Shown here in pieces: positions 29,161-39,874 of a DNA stretch of 64,000 nt. Location of the stretch: NCBI GenBank assembly GCA_024233835.1, contig JACKPC010000001.1, forward strand, positions 1,669,442 through 1,733,441, written 5' to 3'. Within the stretch, counting starts at the first letter, position 1. Every line of letters begins with the position of its first letter. The notes below the pieces were generated by a model. The model ran no database searches. It worked only from the letters and a program-made list of their open reading frames with translations, and had not been told where the DNA came from. A program made the position numbers and the translations under genes. The stretch comes from Leptospiraceae bacterium (GTDB lineage: Bacteria; Spirochaetota; Leptospiria; Leptospirales; Leptospiraceae).

Positions 29161-30907
29161 ATTATTGAAGTATCGCGTACTGGAAACCTTACAACAGGCT
29201 GTAGAAAAATATCTGAATGATAATTTACCGGAAAAGAAATTAGAGGATTTGCATATACGTCTGGAATATTCAAGAAATGAAAAATTTGGAGATTACTCCT
29301 CTGCCTTTATTCTGGAAAATAAGAAACATCTTCCTGGCAAACCGGAAGATATAGCCGAAAAAGTTATACAGTATCTTGTGCCGAATGAAATGTTTTCTTT
29401 TGTTGAATTTACAAAACCGGGTTTTATTAATTTTCGAATTGAACCTCTCTACTTACTAAATTATATACACCAATTTCTTTATTCGGATGGACCTCAGCGT
29501 GCAAGTGTTACGCATTCGCAGAAAATTAACTTTGAATTTGTAAGCGCGAATCCTACCGGGCCATTGAACATTGTATCCGCAAGAGCTGCTGCCATGGGGG
29601 ATTCCATTTGCAATTTACTTTCCCACATCGGTCATGATGTGCATCGAGAATTTTATGTTAATGATTATGGAAATCAGGTTCGTCTCCTGGGTTTTTCTTG
29701 TCTTGCAAGGCTCCGGGAGTCCAAAGGTGAACCAATACAAATTCAGGGAGATGAAGAAGTCTTAAATGAAGAAGAACTTTTAAAAGGAAATTATATTCCT
29801 TCAGAAGGTTATAGGGGAGAATATTTAATCAACGTTGCAAAAAATGTTTATAAAAATCATCAACCGGAAATTGATAATTATCTCGAAAAAAAAGATTATA
29901 AGAATCTTGCTGATAAATTTTCTCGCTGGACAGTTGAAGAAAATTTAGCTTCTCAAAAAGAAGCTCTTAAGCAATTTGGTGTTGAATTTGATGAGTTTTT
30001 TTTAGAATCCGGTCTTCATGAATCTAATAAGGTACTGGCTGTTTTAGATAACCTTGAGCGTGCAGGGGATGTAAAAGAAGAGGAAGGTAAAAAGCTTTTT
30101 GTTTCAAGTAAATATGGTGATGACAAAGACAGGGTGATCCTTCGGAAAGATGGAAGGCCAACTTATCTTCTTGCTGATATAGCTTATCATAAAAATAAAA
30201 TGGATAGAGGTTTCCATAAAATGATTAATATCTGGGGACCGGATCACCACGGCTATATAGCCAGACTAAAGGGAGCCATGTTATCTCTGTCATATCCTGA
30301 AAATGCCTTTCGCGTATTAATTGCCCAACAGGTAAACCTTATAGAAAAAGGCGAAAAATTAAAAATGAGTAAGCGTCTCGGTCAGTTTCAGACCATGACC
30401 GACTTACTGGAATATCTCGGTGAACATGCAAAAGATGTGGGTCGTTATTTTTTTGTCATGAGAACTCTGGATGCTCCGCTTGATTTTGATCTGGAACTAG
30501 CCAAAGATGATTCAGATAAAAATCCGGTCTTTTATTTGCAATATGCACATGCCAGAATTTGTTCCATTTTTCGAGAAGTTGGAAAAGCCTGTGGTTACGA
30601 GGAAGCAAAAAAACTTGAATTAACAGAAGAACGTTCGAGACTTATTTTCTGGCTGGGACGTTTTTTAGAAGAAACTTATGATGCCGGACTCAGCATGGAG
30701 CCACATCGTCTATGCAATTATCTCCAGAATTTAAGTAAGGCTTTTACACAGTTTTATATGGCAAAGAATAACCGGCTAAAAGATGCTGGCGAACAAGAAC
30801 GAAAGGGTCTGGCTTATCTCTGTGAGCTTAGTCGAATTTGCCTTTCGGAAGGCTTGAAACTTTTAGGGATATCTTCACCCGAGAAACTTGAAAAGGTAGA
30901 AGGATAA
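29147..30907 (+). CDS. argS: Arginine--tRNA ligase
   Basis: Class I motifs SANPTGPLNIVSARAAAMG (HIGH region) and KMSKRLG. 586 aa, with a C-terminal DALR-type anticodon-binding region. Confidence 0.95.
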   Translation: MKENELLKYRVLETLQQAVEKYLNDNLPEKKLEDLHIRLEYSRNEKFGDYSSAFILENKKHLPGKPEDIAEKVIQYLVPNEMFSFVEFTKPGFINFRIEPLYLLNYIHQFLYSDGPQRASVTHSQKINFEFVSANPTGPLNIVSARAAAMGDSICNLLSHIGHDVHREFYVNDYGNQVRLLGFSCLARLRESKGEPIQIQGDEEVLNEEELLKGNYIPSEGYRGEYLINVAKNVYKNHQPEIDNYLEKKDYKNLADKFSRWTVEENLASQKEALKQFGVEFDEFFLESGLHESNKVLAVLDNLERAGDVKEEEGKKLFVSSKYGDDKDRVILRKDGRPTYLLADIAYHKNKMDRGFHKMINIWGPDHHGYIARLKGAMLSLSYPENAFRVLIAQQVNLIEKGEKLKMSKRLGQFQTMTDLLEYLGEHAKDVGRYFFVMRTLDAPLDFDLELAKDDSDKNPVFYLQYAHARICSIFREVGKACGYEEAKKLELTEERSRLIFWLGRFLEETYDAGLSMEPHRLCNYLQNLSKAFTQFYMAKNNRLKDAGEQERKGLAYLCELSRICLSEGLKLLGISSPEKLEKVEG

Positions 30908-30908
30908 T

Positions 30909-32156
30909 ATGAAGCCCGATATTTATATTTTTTCTACCGGTTCCGAAATTACTTACGGAAAGAATACGGACACAAATTCTATCTGGATGGCCAATGAATT
31001 AAGCGGACTTGGTTTTATTGTGAATCGAATTATTGTATTACCGGATAAGCCGGAGTATATCGAAGAAGAAATCAGAAGAGTTATGGATAAAAGTAAAGTA
31101 TCGCTTATTCTTATGAGCGGAGGGCTTGGTTCTACACAGGATGATTATACTTTATCCGTACTATGTAATATATTAAAGGTTAATTATATTCCCCTTCCTT
31201 CAGCCGAAAAAAAACTCATTGCTTTTAGTCGTTTGAGAGGGAAGGATTATTCGGATATTCTGGATATGACTAAGCGACAGGTTTGCATTCCTTCTGGTGC
31301 TGAGCCTTTAGAAAATGAAGTGGGTCTTGCACCAGGTTTTTTTGTGAACTTAAATGAATTTTGCTCGCTTGCTGCTTTTCCTGGCGTTCCGGGTGAAATG
31401 ATGTCCATGTTTTCTAATAGGTTCCTTCCTATATTAAAAGAAAAGTATATTCCGGAAGAGATATATTCTGCTCATCGTTTTGTCTGGACAATAGGAGAAA
31501 CTGTTTTTCAGAGAAAATATATAGAGAATAATCCTTTAATTGAAAAAGAGGGAGTCGAATGGGGAATAACAGCTAGGCCGGGTTATGTAAAACTCTCCTT
31601 TCACACCCATGAAGAGAAAAGTCTGAAAGATATATTAGAAAATTTAGATACTCGTGTTGAAATGATAAGTGAAGAAGAGGCTCTTCCCACTATTCACCGA
31701 ATATTAACTGATAAGAAAAAAATGTTGGCTACAGCTGAAAGTTGTACGGGTGGACTTATCTCCAAATTGATTACGGATCTTCCTGGTTCTTCCCAATACT
31801 TTTTAGGTAGCGTTGTATCTTATCATAATAATATTAAGCGGGATGTTCTTTCAGTAAGTGAAGATACCCTTATAAATTATGGTGCGGTTTCGGAAGAATG
31901 TGCAAGAGAGATGGTCGAAGGTCTCGAAAAGCTTTATCATTCCGATTATTCTATTTCTGTTACCGGTATAGCCGGTCCGGGTGGAGGAAGTCGACAAAAA
32001 CCGGTCGGCCTTGTTTTTATTGGAATTAAACATAGGGGAGAAGAAGCTGAAATTCATAAATTTAATCTTCCTTTACGGCGGGAATTATTCAGGGAGTATG
32101 TAGCGAATATTGCTTTATATCTTTTATACAAAAAATTGGAGGAAACAAATACTTGA
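30909..32156 (+). CDS. cinA: Competence/damage-inducible protein CinA (MoCF-binding N-domain + CinA C-domain)
   Basis: LMSGGLGSTQDD in the N-domain. The C-terminal ATAESCTGGLISKLITDLPGSS is the CinA nicotinamide-nucleotide deamidase signature. Confidence 0.85.
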   Translation: MKPDIYIFSTGSEITYGKNTDTNSIWMANELSGLGFIVNRIIVLPDKPEYIEEEIRRVMDKSKVSLILMSGGLGSTQDDYTLSVLCNILKVNYIPLPSAEKKLIAFSRLRGKDYSDILDMTKRQVCIPSGAEPLENEVGLAPGFFVNLNEFCSLAAFPGVPGEMMSMFSNRFLPILKEKYIPEEIYSAHRFVWTIGETVFQRKYIENNPLIEKEGVEWGITARPGYVKLSFHTHEEKSLKDILENLDTRVEMISEEEALPTIHRILTDKKKMLATAESCTGGLISKLITDLPGSSQYFLGSVVSYHNNIKRDVLSVSEDTLINYGAVSEECAREMVEGLEKLYHSDYSISVTGIAGPGGGSRQKPVGLVFIGIKHRGEEAEIHKFNLPLRRELFREYVANIALYLLYKKLEETNT

Positions 32157-33226
32157 TATATTTCATTAGTAATATAGTCTTATTCTTCTTTTTATTTTTT
32201 TATTTTTTTAATGTAAAAGAACTTCACGTTTCTTTTGTCCAGCCAAATTGGATGTGGAAAAAAGAGAGTTTTAAGGGTTTGCCGGAAGATAAACGCTTTT
32301 CCTTTTCTCCCAAGAAATCATTTAATGGTTACAGGACAGCTGCTGAATGGTTTTCCTTTCGCACGGGAAAAAAAATTCCACTAAAACCAAAAGAAAAAGT
32401 AGAAACTCCCAGCACTGGATCTGGATACCTGCTTTATGAGAAAATCGGAGAAAATGTAGAGTTTTATTCTTCTTATGGAGAAAAACTTTGGAAGATGCCT
32501 TTTAAAAGTTATCCCAGGACAAGTCGGCAGGGAAACCTTAGCCTTTTAATATCAGGAGATAATAACCAGGTTATTACTGTTGATAAAAATGGAGCTAAAA
32601 TCGGAATAGAAAAGATGGATGGTCGCTTTTTAAGTGATTATGCTTTTTCTAATAATACAGAAGGTGCTTTTATTGTGTTCGCAGGGGGAGAACTTTTTCT
32701 TATTAACTCTAAGGCAGAACCTCTATTTCAACTATTTGCAGGTAATGATAAGGAGTTATATTTTTTTAAGAGTGCGGCTCTATCCCCGAACATGAATTTT
32801 TCTGCCGTTCATTTCCTTTATAAAGATAGCGATTATTTTCGTTTGATGAACAATAAAGGAGAAAAAGTATATGATGTGAAATTTCCGAGAGTGTATCCCC
32901 ATAAAATTTTTATGGCAGTAAGTGATGAAGGCTATTCTCTTATAAATTTACCGGAAAGGATTATATTTGTATCAAGTGAAGGAAAGGTTATACAGGATAT
33001 AAAGAAACAGAGTAAGACCCCTACAGTTTTTCAAACAGCTTTCTATACAGGGAAAATGTTTGTAGCGAATGCTTCCGGAGAATTAGGATTTTATGATAAA
33101 ACCGGAAAGCTTCTTAATAAACACTATATCTTCGATACTCCATTTCGGGCATTACCGAGTGGGAAGGAAGATGTAGTGTTTTTAGAATCCCGTAGTTACC
33201 TATTCACATTTCAATTGATTGAATGA
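32153..33226 (+). CDS. Hypothetical membrane-anchored protein, possibly beta-propeller-like
   Basis: 357 aa with an N-terminal TM segment. No recognisable catalytic motif. Confidence 0.35.
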   Translation: MIYFISNIVLFFFLFFYFFNVKELHVSFVQPNWMWKKESFKGLPEDKRFSFSPKKSFNGYRTAAEWFSFRTGKKIPLKPKEKVETPSTGSGYLLYEKIGENVEFYSSYGEKLWKMPFKSYPRTSRQGNLSLLISGDNNQVITVDKNGAKIGIEKMDGRFLSDYAFSNNTEGAFIVFAGGELFLINSKAEPLFQLFAGNDKELYFFKSAALSPNMNFSAVHFLYKDSDYFRLMNNKGEKVYDVKFPRVYPHKIFMAVSDEGYSLINLPERIIFVSSEGKVIQDIKKQSKTPTVFQTAFYTGKMFVANASGELGFYDKTGKLLNKHYIFDTPFRALPSGKEDVVFLESRSYLFTFQLIE

Positions 33227-33258
33227 TTCCTTATAGAAAGAGGTTTTTTGCTGTGTAA

Positions 33259-33654
33259 CTATAGTTCTTCTGTTTCTCGTTTGCAATTCCAGGGGACTTT
33301 TTGCCAGTATTTTTCTCCGTGATAGTTCCAGCGACCGATTAACTCCATTTTATCTTCGGAAAGTCTAAAATGAACATTTCCACCTCCATCGAATTGTTCC
33401 CAGGTTCCATTCATGAGAAAATTATTACCGGAAGCCGAAATGGTCCCCTGCTTATATGTATAGGAACCGTAGTAAGAACCGGCTTCTAATTTCCAGAGAG
33501 TTAAATACCCGTAAACACCGCAATTCCATCTGCCTTCAAAAGAATCTCCTTCATGAGTGTTTTTAGTGCCCGAATTTATCGGCAAAGTGTTTTTTTCCTG
33601 GCTGAAGAGTATGGCCGGGAGAAAAAGCATAAGAAAAAGAGCAGTTCTAAACAT
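33259..33654 (-). CDS. Small secreted protein, unknown function
   Basis: 131 aa with a signal peptide, an internal repeat (GRWNCGVYGY / GRWNYHGEKY) and two Cys residues. Confidence 0.4.
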   Translation of the reverse strand: MFRTALFLMLFLPAILFSQEKNTLPINSGTKNTHEGDSFEGRWNCGVYGYLTLWKLEAGSYYGSYTYKQGTISASGNNFLMNGTWEQFDGGGNVHFRLSEDKMELIGRWNYHGEKYWQKVPWNCKRETEEL

Positions 33655-33843
33655 AAGCTACCTTCCTGAATCAAAATAAATAAGTAAATTTTAGGCAATT
33701 CAGGGATTAAAAGTAAAGAAAAATTTTCTCCTTCGGTTTGAAAAGTTGTATAGATCCCATTTTTATAAAAATTCTTTCTGCAAAAATAGAAAAATAATCT
33801 TGCAAAACAAGAAAAATCGATATAGATTCTCAGAACATCAAGG

Positions 33844-34725
33844 ATGGATTATATGATAAGAAACTTACTATTTCCTTTTCTTTTTTTACTTGCTTTCGGG
33901 CTTGTAATTTGTAAGGAAAACAATGCTTCGGATAAAGATATCACACAGGCAGAAGAAGAATCTAATGAAGAAGAAAGTGATACAGGCATTGAAATCGAAA
34001 AAAAGACTGAGTCATCAAATTATTCTTCAAACTCTAAGCTTTCGGGTAATACAAAGATCTATAGTTTTAATCGATCTAAAAACCTTCTCATGAAAATTTA
34101 TGAGAAGCATAGAATTACTTTCTATTGTGGATGTAAATTCTATGAAGATAAAAGAGTAGATCCGGAGGAATGTGGATATGTACCCAAGAAAAGTTCGAAT
34201 AAGCGTTCCAGGAATATTGAGTGGGAACATGTGGTCGCAGCTGAAAACTTTGGCCGAAGTTTTAAAGAGTGGAGGGAAGGACATCCAAATTGTGTATCAA
34301 AAGAAAAACCTTATAAGGGCAGACGTTGTGCTTCTAAAGTAAGTGAAGAATTCCGCCGTATGGAAGCCGATATGCATAATCTTCATCCCGCTATAGGTGA
34401 ACTAAACCAGTATCGTTCAAATTATATGTACAATATGATTCCGGGAGAAGAAAGAGAATTTGGGAAGTGTGATTTTGAAGTAAAAGGAAAGATTGCTGAA
34501 CCCATGCCTTCTATTTATGGAAATATCGCGAGAACTTTTATGTATATGGATAAAGCTTATCCTCGCAGGGGGATTATATCGGGAAGCAATCGAAAGCTTT
34601 TTGAAGCCTGGAACCGCATGGATCCGGTTGATAAATGGGAGTGCGAGAGAGCAAGACTTATAAAAGAAATACAGGGCAATGAAAATTCAATTGTGGAAGA
34701 AGCCTGCAAAAAAGCTGGTCTATAA
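33844..34725 (+). CDS. Secreted endonuclease I family (EndA/Vvn-type non-specific nuclease)
   Basis: Signal peptide. Endonuclease_1 motifs (TFYCGC, EWEHVVAAENFG, DMHNLHPAIGELNQYRSNY). Confidence 0.8.
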   Translation: MDYMIRNLLFPFLFLLAFGLVICKENNASDKDITQAEEESNEEESDTGIEIEKKTESSNYSSNSKLSGNTKIYSFNRSKNLLMKIYEKHRITFYCGCKFYEDKRVDPEECGYVPKKSSNKRSRNIEWEHVVAAENFGRSFKEWREGHPNCVSKEKPYKGRRCASKVSEEFRRMEADMHNLHPAIGELNQYRSNYMYNMIPGEEREFGKCDFEVKGKIAEPMPSIYGNIARTFMYMDKAYPRRGIISGSNRKLFEAWNRMDPVDKWECERARLIKEIQGNENSIVEEACKKAGL

Positions 34726-34726
34726 T

Positions 34727-35998
34727 TTAGTCTTCTGATTGTTCGGCATATAATTGGATTGTTTCTATGTCCGGAATTTTTTTAAATTCGAGGACATAGA
34801 AATAGCCTTTTATCTTATCTGAGTTCTCAATAAGATTTAATAATTCGAGTTGTTTACTTTTTTTTAAGTAACCTGTTTTTTCATTCCAGAATTCTTCCAT
34901 CACCAGGCAACCCCGACTTGGTGTTAATGGATAGTAGGGTTTTCCTTTGTAATAAGCTGAACGAATTCCTGTTCCGTGAGAATAGATGAAGTCTCGACCT
35001 GCCTTTCCGGCATAAAAAGTTTCCTGTAATATTAGATTATTTCTATATTTGTAAGGAATTAACTTTAGATAATCTCCGATACTCCATTCTCTTGAGTATG
35101 GTTCGGAATGAAAATATTGAGAAGGACTTACTTCATTCGGCATGAATAATTTAAAAGCCGGAGTTGTACCAATCAGGGGACTTTTCGCTATATGTAATCC
35201 CTGGATAGAAAAAACTCCTCTTGGAGTATTTCCGCTTTTCAGGTAAGGAACTACATTAGTAATGGAACGAGCCAGTTGGGCTTGAAGATAGATGTTTCCT
35301 TTTTTATCTCGCAAAAATTTACCATCAGGTTTGCGGGTAAGTAAAACACCGGGAAAATCACGGTTTTCATTTTGCAAACTATAAAAATACCATAGATTTT
35401 TTTCTGGAATATAAGAAAAAAAATCCAGCAGGGCTGACTTTTCCAGCTTTTCCGAATATTTCTTTTTGAGATAATTATTCAGTAGGAATAATTCAGGGAT
35501 ATCCGAATAATTAGGAAAATTCTTATACAGTATTTTTTGAATAAACTTCTTTGAGTATTTTAATTTAAAGTTTTTTTGAAAGTAATCTGCCGCAATGGCA
35601 AAGTTTTTAGAATTGCCATCATTTAAAAGAGCCTCCATTGCTATCTTTTCACAGGAAAGCAGGGATAGGGAAATGCAGGTTTCTATAATTCGAAAGCGTA
35701 GCTTTTGAGGATATTTGTAGTATGTTAAAAATAGTTTTTCGGTTAATTTTTTTTCCTCTTTTTGAGATAAGGAATATGCAAAAAGTTGCATGCCCAAAAG
35801 TCCTGCTTCTATTTCTGATTCTTTCAGACTTTTTATATTACGATTTAGAAGAAGAGCTATACTTTTCTTTTGCTCTAACTCGTAAAAAAAACGATTTCTT
35901 TTTTTTGCAAGGGAAAAGTATATTTGCTCTTTTCTTAAAGTTTTAGAAAAAACGAATATGTTTGAGAAAAGAAATATTCCCAACAAAATATATTTCAA
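34727..35998 (-). CDS. Secreted protein with a C-terminal L,D-transpeptidase-like (YkuD) catalytic motif
   Basis: 423 aa. The C-terminal SHGTGIRSAYYKGKPYYPLTPSRGCLVM resembles the L,D-TPase HG...S.GC(I/V)R active site. Confidence 0.4.
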   Translation of the reverse strand: MKYILLGIFLFSNIFVFSKTLRKEQIYFSLAKKRNRFFYELEQKKSIALLLNRNIKSLKESEIEAGLLGMQLFAYSLSQKEEKKLTEKLFLTYYKYPQKLRFRIIETCISLSLLSCEKIAMEALLNDGNSKNFAIAADYFQKNFKLKYSKKFIQKILYKNFPNYSDIPELFLLNNYLKKKYSEKLEKSALLDFFSYIPEKNLWYFYSLQNENRDFPGVLLTRKPDGKFLRDKKGNIYLQAQLARSITNVVPYLKSGNTPRGVFSIQGLHIAKSPLIGTTPAFKLFMPNEVSPSQYFHSEPYSREWSIGDYLKLIPYKYRNNLILQETFYAGKAGRDFIYSHGTGIRSAYYKGKPYYPLTPSRGCLVMEEFWNEKTGYLKKSKQLELLNLIENSDKIKGYFYVLEFKKIPDIETIQLYAEQSED

Positions 35999-36004
35999 TG
36001 AAAG

Positions 36005-37177
36005 CTACTTCCTTTTAAACACCATCAGACTGGATTTGGTTCTACCTTTAATTACACCATATCCATAGTTAAACGGTAATACTTCGGACTTTGACTTATA
36101 CAATTCGATGAGCTCTTTTTGTGAGCCAACCGGGGGGGTTCCTCTTAAGTAAACTCTTGAAGTATACTTTCCAAAAAGATGTACATCCCATTCTGTTTGG
36201 TTAAATGCAGTATACGCGATAGCTGAATCATCCTGTACTACCATGTCGCTTTTCTCTAAAAGACCTTTTATAAACCTTTCAAAGCGTTTTTCCTGTAAGA
36301 GGTATTCTGCTGATTTGAAAATAAGATTTAAACGACCGAGAGAATTGAAAAATTTTCCTTCTTTCTGATCCATAGAAAAAGAGTTTTCATTGATCATGAT
36401 TCGAAAAAAGCTGAGTTCTCTTTTCTCTCCTTTGGAGTCTCGAAAAATAATTCGACTTCCGTACATTCCTTCTTTTTTGTCTTCAGTACTCAGACTGAGT
36501 TTGCCATCATCTTGAATTTCCAGTGTTTCCCATTTCTCAATTTGCATTCCGAGCCTGGAAAGAAATATAACCATGAGGGGTGTAACTCCCTGGAAATAAG
36601 GATTTGCCAGTTCTCGCCGCATCCGTCTATAGGTGAAATAGTTATTTAGAGAAAACTCATACAATAAATCTTGCATAGAGTTTAAACCTTTCTTCCATTG
36701 TTTTTTGTCGAGTGTCAATGGATTTAAAATTTTACCTGTAGGTTCCAAACCTATAAAAACATAGCGTCTGGCATCCGGATAAAAATTATAGGCATTAATA
36801 ATATCAGCTCCGCTGAGTAGGTATAAAACCGTATTGTCTTTATTATAAGCAGGAACTTTCTCCTTTGACCAGATACGGATCCTTGAATTTTCTTTTTCGA
36901 TTGCCTTCCAGTAGAGCTCTGTCTGTTTTGCATAAGAAACATATTCTTTAGTTTTACTTAAGTCTGCAAACATTCCATTCTCTTTTGTTGAACCACTAAT
37001 AAAAAGTGCAAGTTCGTTATAATAGGGATCTACTTTTTCAACTTGAACTTCTTTCTTTTTTTCTACTCCCTTGCATAAGAAGAGAGTAGAAATTAGAAAA
37101 ACATTAAAAAGAAATTTATAAAGTTGCATTCTTATTGGATTCCAAACCAGCCGCCGGTATCTCCACCTGCCCAGCAA
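36005..37177 (-). CDS. Hypothetical secreted protein or lipoprotein
   Basis: 390 aa. An internal Met followed by a hydrophobic segment and Cys (LISTLFLCKG) suggests a shorter lipoprotein form starting near 37129. Confidence 0.4.
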   Translation of the reverse strand: MLGRWRYRRLVWNPIRMQLYKFLFNVFLISTLFLCKGVEKKKEVQVEKVDPYYNELALFISGSTKENGMFADLSKTKEYVSYAKQTELYWKAIEKENSRIRIWSKEKVPAYNKDNTVLYLLSGADIINAYNFYPDARRYVFIGLEPTGKILNPLTLDKKQWKKGLNSMQDLLYEFSLNNYFTYRRMRRELANPYFQGVTPLMVIFLSRLGMQIEKWETLEIQDDGKLSLSTEDKKEGMYGSRIIFRDSKGEKRELSFFRIMINENSFSMDQKEGKFFNSLGRLNLIFKSAEYLLQEKRFERFIKGLLEKSDMVVQDDSAIAYTAFNQTEWDVHLFGKYTSRVYLRGTPPVGSQKELIELYKSKSEVLPFNYGYGVIKGRTKSSLMVFKRK

Positions 37178-37665
37178 CCCCCTCTACAACTCTCGGATAG
37201 GGATCTTGAGCACAAAAATTTGAATTTTTGAGCAGCACTGATGTCTTTATTACGGAAGCCTTTTGGATGACAGATTCTACCGATGTATTCACCCTCAACT
37301 CGCATTTGACCCATGACATAGATGTTTCCTCCGACACCATAAATAGCTGCATCTTTATTGTGAGAATAGCAGGCCACATAGCAGCCGGTACCACCCTTAA
37401 AAAGATTTTTCGTAGGTAAAACTTTTGCGGAAAATCCTTCGTAAGGTGTATTTACTACAATGTTTCCTCTGACATAAACCGTAAAATTTTCAGGCAACCA
37501 GTAGTCGGGGACATCTTTTTTGGGGTCTTCTTTACCATCCGGGTCCAGTACCGGAACATTATCTTCCTTCCCGGGATCAAAATTGGGTTGAGCCAGTATC
37601 GCTCCAAACACCAAAAGAACAACTGTGAACAATAAAACCACTTGTTTCATTGATAACTCCTTCAT
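37132..37665 (-). CDS. Secreted protein with a Gly/Cys/Trp-rich C-terminal tail
   Basis: 177 aa with a signal peptide. The C-terminus reads ...CRGGCWAGGDTGGWFGIQ. Confidence 0.4.
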   Translation of the reverse strand: MKELSMKQVVLLFTVVLLVFGAILAQPNFDPGKEDNVPVLDPDGKEDPKKDVPDYWLPENFTVYVRGNIVVNTPYEGFSAKVLPTKNLFKGGTGCYVACYSHNKDAAIYGVGGNIYVMGQMRVEGEYIGRICHPKGFRNKDISAAQKFKFLCSRSLSESCRGGCWAGGDTGGWFGIQ

Positions 37666-37725
37666 TGGGTTTTCTTAGGTTCGTAAATAATTCTTCTTCA
37701 AAGAAAAATAGCAAGTATAATTCCC

Positions 37726-38892
37726 TTACTTTTCTAAACGATAAGTATAACGAAGTCTATATCCTCCGGGTTTTGCCGGGTTTACAGGTTTTAAAATGGT
37801 TAAGAAGATTTCAGAAAGAGCCGGAATATTCAAGTCGGCAGGAATTTCAACAACTTTCTGTTTATTTTGGAGTTGGAAAAAGCAGTCCAATTTCACATCT
37901 CTATCAAAATAATTGGAGGCAAAAAGAACAATCGTATCATCTATAACTTCCTTTCGAACTTCGAATTTATCAGTCTTTTCTAATTTTTTAGAATAATCTG
38001 CATAATCTTCAGGTTTTAATTCAGATCCAAATCTTGTTTCAAAAGTTTCTTTATTCTCCCAAAAACCATAGTAGTATTTTCCGGTTTCCGGTTCGATTAC
38101 TTGATTATCATGGCTTAAAAATTTCGTTGGAACCGTCTTTGCACCTTCAAAGTCAGGTAGAATTACATCAAAATGCAGATGGGGACCCTGGCTCATTCCT
38201 GTATTTCCACTGTATCCGATAAGGTCTCCGGCTTTTATCTCTTCTCCTTCTTTTACTAGAGATCCCTTAAGTTTCAGATGTACATAAGACGCATAGGTAC
38301 CATCATCGTGTAAAAGAACAACTTTATTGGCTTTTTCGGCATAGCTCGCAGAAGCTCCTCCTTCATTGAAATGATCAATTACCTGTATTACTTTTCCCCC
38401 TCTTGCCGCATAAACTTCAGTTCCTTCCGGCATTTCAAAATCAAGAGCAAACTCCTGCCAGCCCTGATGCGTATAGAGTCCTTTATAACCCTGACTGAGT
38501 TTTCTTTTGGTTCCGTGTGCGAATGGGAAATGATATATATAATTATCATTATGAATGGCGGTTAGGGGATTGCCCGGACTGTACTTATAACTGATTTGAA
38601 ATTGAAAGGCTTTCTTAGGGTTCTCTGCCCGGATGTTGATAATTGGAAAATCTTTAGCACCAACAGGAATTATGGTTTTTAATTCCATAGAGGGACTGGC
38701 CTGAGTATTTTGAGCATTTATTACCTTAAAGATGAGCCAGTAGTCAAGCGGTGCTGAATTGGAAGCATAATAATTAAATTCTCCCTTCCGGGTAGCAGGT
38801 TTCTGATAGATCTTGATGGGACTTTCGGCAAATAAGGAAGCTGTAATCCATAAAAAAAACTGGATAAGAAAAAAAATGAGTTTATAATTCAT
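37726..38892 (-). CDS. M23-family metallopeptidase (secreted)
   Basis: Signal peptide. M23 motifs (HQGWQ..ALDF, VYAARGGKV, HDDGTYASYVHL, GNTGMSQGPHLHFDV). Confidence 0.8.
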   Translation of the reverse strand: MNYKLIFFLIQFFLWITASLFAESPIKIYQKPATRKGEFNYYASNSAPLDYWLIFKVINAQNTQASPSMELKTIIPVGAKDFPIINIRAENPKKAFQFQISYKYSPGNPLTAIHNDNYIYHFPFAHGTKRKLSQGYKGLYTHQGWQEFALDFEMPEGTEVYAARGGKVIQVIDHFNEGGASASYAEKANKVVLLHDDGTYASYVHLKLKGSLVKEGEEIKAGDLIGYSGNTGMSQGPHLHFDVILPDFEGAKTVPTKFLSHDNQVIEPETGKYYYGFWENKETFETRFGSELKPEDYADYSKKLEKTDKFEVRKEVIDDTIVLFASNYFDRDVKLDCFFQLQNKQKVVEIPADLNIPALSEIFLTILKPVNPAKPGGYRLRYTYRLEK

Positions 38893-39006
38893 GGTTTTTA
38901 GTCCTCGACAGAAAGTAATTAATCTATTAGACAGGAAGCTTTCACCCTCAGATCATGACGTAAAACAACTTTTTTTCGTCTAATAATAAAGAAACCGGGT
39001 AGAATC

Positions 39007-39585
39007 ATGGATAAAAAACTCAACCATCTACTCTGGGTGGAAAAAATAAAATTAACCCAGTATATTTTTAACCTGACCGGGCAGTTGAGTGAAAAGCAAC
39101 TGGAATTTATTCCGCCGGGAGGATACTGGAGTATTCGTCAGGATTTGGAGTACCTGCGTTTTATTGATAGTTTGATGCAATTTTCCTTTCCCCTGTCTGT
39201 CTCGGTGAGTTCTATTTTGCCTCTAAAAGAACTGGATGAAGGAGATATTGAATTAGATATGGAGAGGCTCTATAATTTGTATCCCGGACCTCTTTTACCT
39301 GGAAATCTGGGGACTATCGAGGTGGAGAAAGCCTCTCAATTGCTTCTCGATGGCTTTAGCAAGGAAATGAGGGCTATGTTTGAGTCCTGGAAAAAAGCCC
39401 TGGAAAATGCAGAAAAATACCTCAGCAAACTCGAAATTGGAGATTGTAAAAAGAAGCGTTTTTTTTCTGTTTTAGGGATATTTTCCATACCTGCCGGCAT
39501 TGATCTTCATACCGTGTACTCGAGTCATTTCTTTTTAGAAAAAATAAAAAAGGCAATGGAACATAGTGATTTTCCAAAAAATTAA
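39007..39585 (+). CDS. Hypothetical protein
   Basis: 192 aa with no recognisable motif. Confidence 0.3.
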   Translation: MDKKLNHLLWVEKIKLTQYIFNLTGQLSEKQLEFIPPGGYWSIRQDLEYLRFIDSLMQFSFPLSVSVSSILPLKELDEGDIELDMERLYNLYPGPLLPGNLGTIEVEKASQLLLDGFSKEMRAMFESWKKALENAEKYLSKLEIGDCKKKRFFSVLGIFSIPAGIDLHTVYSSHFFLEKIKKAMEHSDFPKN

Positions 39586-39658
39586 AAAATAATCTCCTTC
39601 TCCTTCTAATTTGTCCCTGCCCCCCTTTATAATAGATTTAAGTTTAAAGGGGGAGAAA

Positions 39659-39853
39659 ATGAAAACCTTACAAATTACTATCTTACTTTCTTTGTTTGTT
39701 ATTGGAGCTATGGATTGTGTAGGTGCACCTACTAAAGAAGATCGTTATAAATACATCATTAATGATTTCAGTAGAAAAGAATGGACTTCTAACGAAACCG
39801 GAGGAAGCCGCGGCCTTCAGGATAAAACTCCGGGTGTTGTGCAGAATTTCTAA
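39659..39853 (+). CDS. Small secreted peptide (64 aa)
   Basis: MKTLQITILLSLFVIGAMDC signal peptide, preceded by a GGGGGAG RBS. Confidence 0.3.
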   Translation: MKTLQITILLSLFVIGAMDCVGAPTKEDRYKYIINDFSRKEWTSNETGGSRGLQDKTPGVVQNF

Positions 39854-39874
39854 GAAAAATTGCGATTTCTCTTT

